Of a DNA stretch of 64,000 bases, positions 56,301-64,000 are shown in pieces. The translations under genes and the position numbers were made by a program. The notes below the pieces were generated by a model. It was not told where the DNA came from and did not search any database. It was given only the letters and a program-made list of their open reading frames with translations. Source of the DNA: Nitrospirales bacterium (GTDB taxonomy: Bacteria; Nitrospirota; Nitrospiria; Nitrospirales; UBA8639). The DNA lies in contig CBDBCZ010000018.1 of NCBI GenBank assembly GCA_965203295.1, forward strand, positions 2,304,001 to 2,368,000. The letters run 5' to 3'. How positions within the stretch are numbered: position 1 is the stretch's first letter; every line of letters starts with the position of its first letter.

Positions 56301-59300
56301 CCCCCAACCTGAACATCCTTCTTAATATTAATGCCAATCACAGCCTTCTCAACCTCATCTAACAACTGATTAATAGAGTTAAATAAGATAGGTGACATAC
56401 TACAAATCTGTGCCACCCCCTGACCTATATCAGATATTTCTCTCTTCAGTAAAACAGCACTCTGTGTGATCATGTCAACTCTGTCAAGTACTTAAAAAAA
56501 AAAAAAAACCTTAAGTGTTCCTCATTCTACCTGGTATGATTTCATTGAGAGCAAAGATGCCATCAACATGACTCATTTTCTCTCTAAATCTTCATAAAGA
56601 GCTCTTTCTTATTCTAATGTGATTACTATGCGATTGTTTAGAACAATTTTCCTCCCACATTCAATAATGTAATGCCTCTGTAATTACCCGGGCCCTCAGT
56701 ATCACTTTTCTTATACAAGCTAAAAATTAACACTTGTCCTCTTTGTTTTGAAACAGTCTCCACTGTACAAACTACTTCAGATTAGACTTTCAACAGACTA
56801 ATGACAAGCCGATCATTACCTCCTGCATTATTATTCTTTAAGGTTTTAGTTAAATTTCTGCAAAACTAATTCCACTGTCCAAAACCTTAACCTTCCATAA
56901 TCGAGACATTTCACTATACTCTGTCACTTTCTGCCCTACATGCTCTTTCCAGCTACCATCAAACTGAACATCTGCAGATGCTGTAGACAGTCTTTAATAA
57001 TGCTCACATAATACTCCCTTGGTACTGGTTACACATGAACCCTCAAATAAGCAACATACCCTTATGACTACCCTTTGAAGATCCTGCCAACAAATGCCCA
57101 AGAACTCTTTCCTGTTTTCATGAAAATCTTTATTAGCCTTTTCAATCACTTCATTTCAACTATCTATACCAATTCCTTGATTTCCGAACATAGTTTGTAA
57201 CACTCTCCCCATTTATCTTCCCTGCTAATACTAATCTCCTTGTAAACCAGTCTCCTTATCATAATCTTCTCCTTAATCTCACCGTTCCACCACCTCACCG
57301 CTTTGCCACACATTATCGCCTTTTCTCCGATTTCCCTACCATCACAGATAAGCAGTAATTAATGCAACTGTTAGCTATGTCCTGTCTCTGGCACATTTTT
57401 ATGTAATGCACACCTAACTTTTAAATTGTATATTTGTGGGGGGGGGGAATCAAAAGTAGATAACTAGTCTTTGTCGTCTTGAAGACACGAGACTGTCATT
57501 ATTTTCAGTATAAGTCCATAAAGATCAGTGTTTCCTTTGAAAATACTGCTGCACAGCTTTGAAGGAAAGTTAAAAATACATATAAAATTGGTTTTGTACA
57601 TTTCATTGATTGGATAAAGTAATAGTACATCTGTGTAGTTTGAGCAGTGGTTGAAAGTTTTGTTCCCTTGGTTCAATAGTTGTTGGGTTCATGGTTCGAA
57701 AATCAGGCTCTATCTGCACAAATTCTATTGCTGGTTAGGCCACACGTTTCTGAAGATATTTCAAAGAGGAGTAAAGGCATGAATGGCTGCAATCATGTAC
57801 AGATAGAGAGCAGGACCAATAAGGATTTACTGCTTATGTACCTCATTGTGTTAAGCAAGCATAAAAGTCTCTGGAATGAACAGTGACTATGGTGACAGCT
57901 AGTGCATTAGGTCTCTGCGATATGTGGCATGCATATAGAGCTTGTAATAGAGTCTTGAGCTGATCCGATTCACTTGGTAGAAACAATGATGGCCAAGTGT
58001 TCATGTTATTCTTCGTAACATCACCGGCTTCATACACTGTTTTACCACCCAGGGTAGGAAGCCAGAAGGCAAAGTTACGTCAGAAAAGTACCAGGCTGTA
58101 CAAGAAGAGAGTAAGTCACAGTGTTACTGCATGAGCCTGTCAGTGCTTTCAAAAACAATAATCATCGATTCTGCTAATACTGTTTTATACATACTGAGCT
58201 CTGGCATTCAGATTCTACAAATAGGCTATGCATGCGTATTAGAGTGTACTAGTCAGATTTGTACCGAGGCGTTATTGGCTCTATTATATTGTTTCTGTAA
58301 CTGCATCTACAAGGGTGATTACAATGTCATGTTGACTATTGTATAATGTTTATACTGCCGTGCAGGTAGTGAGTTCACACACATCACAAGCAGTGGCTGG
58401 AGCTCAACAGTATCCGAGCACCCAAATGAAAATTTACAAGCTCTACCGGAGAGTGCATCAGTGGTGATTTCAAATGCAGATACCTTGGACAACAGTATAA
58501 AGATTGATTTAGAAGCAGGAAGTCAAGATTCAAGTGGACGAGACTTTATCTTCGTGACTATTTACATGTGATGAAGCTGTCGTCACACGTTGAACTGTTC
58601 TTTTTTTATTTCATGTGAGTATGCCACATTTGTGCTGCATATACTTGCATGACATTGTAGAAGTCTTATTTCAGATTTTGTACAATGTTTATCCTGCTAT
58701 CACTGATAATTGTTGTATTATTATTTTATTACTCCTTTTGGGGCGAGCGTGAATTACTATTTTTTTTTGTATCACTCCTTTTATGGCGAGTTTTTATTTA
58801 TTTATTTATACTATATACTCTTTTTGGGACGAGCGTGATTATTTCTTTTGTATTACTACATGTTTTGAAACGAGCGCGAGCGAGCCCCCCTCCCGTCCGT
58901 GCGCGTGGACTATTCCGTAAAAACGTTAGCATGCCTATTTCAAATACTGTTGTCACGCGTTTCCACTGCTTTACTCTTATAATCCTCTGCAACATGAGCG
59001 TGCACTCTGGAGAGAGAGAATGAGTGACTTGTGTAGACAGCGCTACAAAGGAGTGCGGCCGAAACCCCTGTGGAGAAGGACAGAAGGCTACAGAACGAGC
59101 GAGCACGGCGAAGGCGGAGACTGTTGGGTGAGTCGGCTGAACGCGGCTAGGGAGGCTAACGATTGAACGAGCGCTTACATGTGCGCAGGCGAGAACGCAG
59201 GGTAGCAGCGCAAGGGCAGAGAATGATGAAGTCCCGCGATGCCTTGAACATTGAGGAGAAGGTGGCATGTCTCCTGTGCAGAGTAGTCCCTCTCTGCAGT

Positions 59301-59409
59301 CGTGTTTATCAGTAGCTTCTGAACTGCCTTCAAAGACTTGTCATCATCATTCACAACAGCAGCATACACATCCTGTGACCGTGGCTCGCATAAATTGGTG
59401 GCCGCTAAC

Positions 59410-59584
59410 TGGTGTCGAGGTTGCAGCTGTTCTGTCACTAGACACGTTTTTAGTTTGCCTTGTCTGCAAGTCTCAAATCACCCCCACAACTGAACGACTG
59501 GGTAGATGTGCAAAGTGCGATGCCCTTCAAGCACTTAAACACTGTAAGAAACAGTGGAGCGCTAAGCTCACCTTTCTTTCATAA
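59410..59584 (+). pseudogene. C4 zinc-ribbon fragment, possibly RPA/OB-fold-like Helitron accessory gene (also ~29545-29718 +, ~31118-31270 -)
   Basis: GVEVAAVLSLDTFLVCLVCKSQITPTTERLGRCAKCDALQALKHCKKQWSAKLTF: CxxC-x13-CxxC, abutting the RepHel fragment on the opposite strand. Confidence 0.4.
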
Positions 59585-60012
59585 CACTCATTGATTCCGA
59601 TCTGTGAAGGCCTTTTCCTTGACTCTGTTTGGTAATGGTTGCTGCCTTGTGCTCTTTATTACATGGAAGAAATAGGTTTACATGATGCTATAGATACTTA
59701 TGCATACTTAGCAACCACAGTTAGTTGTACAAGGCAATAACTGTTACACTATGTTATAGCAGTTGTGATAGAGACCCCCACCAAACATTGTCAGGGCATA
59801 GACAGTAGAGTAGAAGGACAGGGATTGGAAACTCAATTAACACATAATATTGCACATTTTGTACTATTTGTATACTACTATTCTACTCTACTATGGTCAG
59901 GGAATCTAATTTACAGTGCAAGACTCTATGTCAAAGACTTTCAATGTCAATGGCTATCACTTAACGTCTAACAGCAAAAAATGTGTCAGAGACTAGCTAC
60001 TTTATTTTGTAG

Positions 60013-63000
60013 CAGGGGCGTAGGAACAGGTCCGGCAGACCCGGCGGCCGCCGGACCAATGTTACGGCGGTAACCGGCAGAATGAGATCTGTCAGACTTG
60101 TATTGCTGTAGGATACACAAACCTGAATGATAAGGTCCAGCAAAACTACTGCAGCAGCAGCGTCGGATCGTGTATCGAGCGATAATAGCTGGTCACGTGA
60201 TGCCACGTAGCACTCGTGCACAGGGCGTGCTATATTATATCAACAACGTAAACTGCAGTGACTGTGCGTACCCTGACCTGGTAAGCGCAGCAGCATGAAC
60301 GTATTATCATAGATTTATGGAATCATATCATCATATCGCCTCTCTCTTTACCGTATATTATTATAGCTTTATGCAGCTGAAACTTCAAAGTCATTTTGAC
60401 TGTGATTGCATGAGTGAACCACATATTCACACCTTCACTGCATAAAGGCAATGATATACTTGTCACTTCTACTGGCTATGCTTCAAATGCCTTTCTGTAG
60501 CCGGACCACATTTATATAAGGGCTGCATGTAAGACTATTATAAATCATTCCAGAGTTGAACTATAATCCACTGTTATTCCTGTAGCTATAATAACTGCTA
60601 TAGCTATGGACTGCATGACTCTGACCATCCAATTATAGCATATTATGAATTATAAATCTTTTTATACACAGCTACAATTCTATACAATAGCTATGGCATT
60701 GTCAGAATTCCCAGAAAAGTTTCATCCAAGGAGGTCTTTCAAGTTTCCAAAACGCAAATTTTGGCAAGAAAGGAGAAGAGAGGTCCTTTAGATCAGAGTG
60801 GTGTGAAAAGTATCCATGGCTCCACTATGATGCTGAGCATGATGCAGCCTTTTGCCACCTTTGCATGAGGACTGCTCATGAAGGCAAGTTTGTAGCCAGT
60901 ACAAAACGGGATCCAGCCTTCATCAGTAAGGGTTATACATATTGGAAGGAAGCAACTTCTGCCTTTAACAAACACCAGGCCAGTGACTGCCATCGGGAGG
61001 CAAATGAGGCTCTCATAGTTCTTCCCAAACAGATCCGTGGAGACATTGGTGAGCTGCTAAGCCAGCAGCATCAAGAAGAGAAAGCGACCAACTGAAAGAT
61101 GCTCTTGAAGGTTCTTCAGAACATCCGATTTCTTGCCCGTCAAGGTTTGCCACTGAGAGGTGGTGATAGTGATGCCGACAGCCATTTTATCCAGCTCCTG
61201 TACCTTCGGAGTGTGGATTGCCCTGAGCTCAAACCATGGATGAGCAAAAAGAGCAACAAATACACATCTCCCCAAATTCAAAACGAATGTCTACAGATCA
61301 TGGCGCTGCAAATTCTTCGGAAAGTGAGCCAAAATATTCGTGATAGTGCATGCTTTACGATCATGGCTGATGAGTGCACAGACATTGCTAACAAGGAACA
61401 GTTCACAATTGTCATTAGGTGGGTGGGTGAGGATCTTCAAGATCACGAGAGCTTCGTTGGTCTCTACCAAGTGGAAGGTATCAATGCAGATTGTCTGGTG
61501 AGCACTATCAAGGATGCTCTTCTCCGCATGAATGTGAAGCTGTCTGATTGCCGAGGCCAGTGTTATGATGGAGCGTCCAACATGTGTGGTAGCAAGAATG
61601 GTGTGGCCACCCAAATCATCAAAGAAGAGAAGCGTGCTGTCTATACACACTGTTATGGACATGCCCTGAATCTTGCTATCGGTGACACGATCAAGCAGTC
61701 AAAGGTGTGCCGCGAATCCCTGGAGACGGCATTTGAGATCAGCAAACTGATCAAATTCTCCCCGAAGAGGAATGCAGCCTTTGATCGTATTAAGGCAGAA
61801 GTCACACAAGAAGATTCTGGCAGTAGTGTCAGCATTAGAACATTCTGCCCTACAAGGTGGACTGTTCGTGGAGATTCCATTTCCAGCATCCTCGATAACT
61901 ACAATGTCTTACACCAGCTCTGGGATGAGTGTCTAGAGAATAGGTTAGAGCCTGACATAAAAGGAAGGATAATTGGTGTCAGGACTCAGATGTCACAGTA
62001 CAAGCTGCTGTTTGGACTAAAGCTTTGTGAAAGGATCTTGAAAATCACTGACAACCTTAGCAAAACTCTCCAGAAACAATCCCTGTCCGCTGCAGAAGCT
62101 CAAACCATTGCAGAGATGACTGTGAAGACATTGAAGAGCATAAGAACGGATGAAGCATTTGAGCTATTCTTCCAGCTGATGGAGCGTCTCCGTGACAGCA
62201 CTGACACAGAGGAGCCCTCACTGCCAAGGAAACGAAAGGCACCAAAACACTTAGAAGTTGGTGATGGGGATGGCTACCACAGCCCTACAATTCAGGACCA
62301 CTACCGCCAACAGTATTTTGAGGCTATAGACCTGGCCATCTCCAGTATCCAAGATCGTTTTGATCAGCCCGGTTATGCTATTTACCGAAACCTTGAAGCT
62401 CTGCTCCTAAAGGCAGCAAAGAAAGAAAACTATTTTGCCGAGCTCAAAGAAGTCATGGACTTCTATGGAAATGACTTTAATGAGAGTGAACTATCAACAC
62501 AGCTACAGATCTTTGGAACAAATTTCACAGAAACCCAGTGTAAAGCCACCATCACCCTAAAGGAAGCACTTACTTTTCTGCAGTGTCTTTCTGAGGGTCA
62601 GCGGGCATTCTTTCGACAAGTTTGCTTTCTTGCTCGATTAATTCTGGTCTTGCCGGCAACAAATGCAGCAAGTGAGCGATCCTTTTCCACAATGAGGAGG
62701 ATTAAGAGCTACTTGAGGAGCACCATGGGCCAGGGAAGGTTAAACCACCTTATGGTGCTCAACATATACCAAGAAATGCTGGATGAGCTAGACCTTAATG
62801 CTGTAGCCAATGACTTTGTTCGAGGCAGTGAACACCGACTTCGCCTGTTCGGTAATTTCTAAGTGAACTTCATCATTATGATAATAGTGTAACAATGCAA
62901 TTCATGGTTCAATACAGTTTGGCAACTACCTGAGGGAACTTTATCATTGTAACACTTTGGTCAAACTGATTGCACAGCAAGACAGCCGTATCTTGTGGCT

Positions 63001-63418
63001 GTCCTTCCGGTGCAGTTGTAACCAAAGAAAGTGGATTATTCTGGACTCGCAATTCGTTAACAGTATCATCATAAATTGCATGACTCGTTGTAATTGTCAC
63101 TATAGCACTACAGGATACAGTCGGGTGGACCCTGGTACGGCACGCGCATTTGCAGTGATGTCACAATGCGTGTGCAGTCCGATCTGAGAGCGAAGCGAGG
63201 CTATGCACGCCAAACCTTCCGTCCTAGCCTTTGTGCTTGAAGACAGTTGTCGAATTCATGCTATTCACTCCAAGATTGCACTAGAAACAATCTCAGAAGG
63301 TCCAAAAATCCAAAATTTTCATGGGGGGACATGCCCCCAGACCCCCCTAGCGGGCGCGCTTCGCACGCATTATCACAGATTCCGCCTGACCAAAGCTAAA
63401 ATGCTTCCTACGCCCCTG
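60013..63418 (+). mobile_element. Full-length hAT DNA transposon (3406 bp)
   Basis: Perfect 14-bp TIRs caggggcgtaggaa / ttcctacgcccctg; tgtag duplicated on both sides; empty site tattttgtag|gtcta at 30161-30175. Confidence 0.95.
60693..62862 (+). pseudogene. hAT transposase (ZMYM1/THAP12-like: TTF-type zinc finger, DUF4371-like region, hATC dimerisation domain) with one frameshift and one stop
   Basis: ATG 60693; extra T at 60759-60762; WCEKYPWLHY..AFCHLC zinc finger; in-frame TGA 61093-61095; 587-aa ORF 61099-62862 with IMADECTD, CYDGASNM, HCYGH, CPTRW and SERSFSTMRRIKSYLRSTMGQGRLNHL motifs. Confidence 0.93.
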
Positions 63419-64000
63419 TGTAGGTCTATACAGAGGTTTGCAAAAAATACAAGGCCTAAGCTTACTCTAACGCTACAGATGAAAGGCTCATTACTGAGCA
63501 GGGCAAGCTTTCTGGTTTATACTCTGCACAGTCACTTGCAAGCTTTTGCAAACCTCTGTACCGACACGGGAGCTAATCTCGCGAGCCAGACTGTACGGGG
63601 GCTAGCTACGTACCCTGGCTGACCAAATTACAGTACAGAATGGGTACATATTAGCGAGTACAATCTTACATGGCCTGAGATAGCTTTATTCTCCCGTTGT
63701 ATGAGTGGCCAGCAAGTTTGAAATCAGTCTCTCCACCCCTCCCTGACGAAGATTCCCGACGCTTCAGCGAGGCTTTGTCCATGGCGGCGCACAAACGCAT
63801 TCATTGTGAATGAATGGGGGTGGGGCTGTCTAGACCTGTACCTGTACGCATACGCACAGTATTCAGAACTGTGTGGGCGCATAGATATTATCTACTAGGT
63901 GAATGCAGACATAGATAATAGAGTATTATCATCTATTATCTATCTCTATTTTCTATGATGCAGAGCACTGTGGGGCGAGCGAGTTCATCATGCATAACTG

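Larger units (their letters stand above)
51609..64000 (+). repeat. Segmental duplication copy C (+), runs off the window
   Basis: Direct match to copies A and A', reverse-complement match to B; carries the hAT insertion. Confidence 0.9.

Noticed and set aside
61093..61095. Programmed readthrough or selenocysteine at the in-frame TGA
   Set aside because: A CGA-to-TGA transition in a decaying transposon is simpler, and there is also an upstream frameshift.
61291..62245. Minus-strand ORFs of 123, 78 and 62 aa
   Set aside because: Antisense shadows of the hAT transposase.

Overview
Eukaryotic (animal) genomic DNA with short GT-AG spliceosomal introns and dense transposon debris; a demosponge-like invertebrate is my guess from gene and repeat style, not a determination. 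No bacterial operons, rRNA or CRISPR arrays are visible. Every recognisable host gene is damaged or truncated: NACA (frameshift, last exon not found), RCL1 (5' half, stop codon, dead splice donor), an AGPS fragment, a kinesin with downstream DEP-domain exons present in three copies, and an orphan PTS2-bearing first exon. About 40 kb (20.1-64 kb) is one chimeric block repeated in alternating orientation (+, -, +), with a local duplication-inversion-duplication. Comparing the copies exposes empty insertion sites, so several mobile elements can be delimited exactly: a Helitron, Helentron-type HINEs, and a near-intact hAT transposon with a 5-bp TSD. Other elements are delimited by their own TIRs and TSDs: pogo-like TA elements carrying HIRAN-domain remnants, TAG...CTA MITEs with 9-bp TSDs, and CATAG...CTATG mini-elements with 7-bp TSDs. 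The most striking cross-cutting signals are (i) long hairpins in unrelated elements that share GNA triloops and tandem GA/GA mismatches, predicted to be most stable on one DNA strand, (ii) HIRAN cargo in three unrelated repeats, and (iii) widespread TA-CG-TA / TA-CATG-TA excision footprints acting as a mutational process. All calls are by eye, without database searches.
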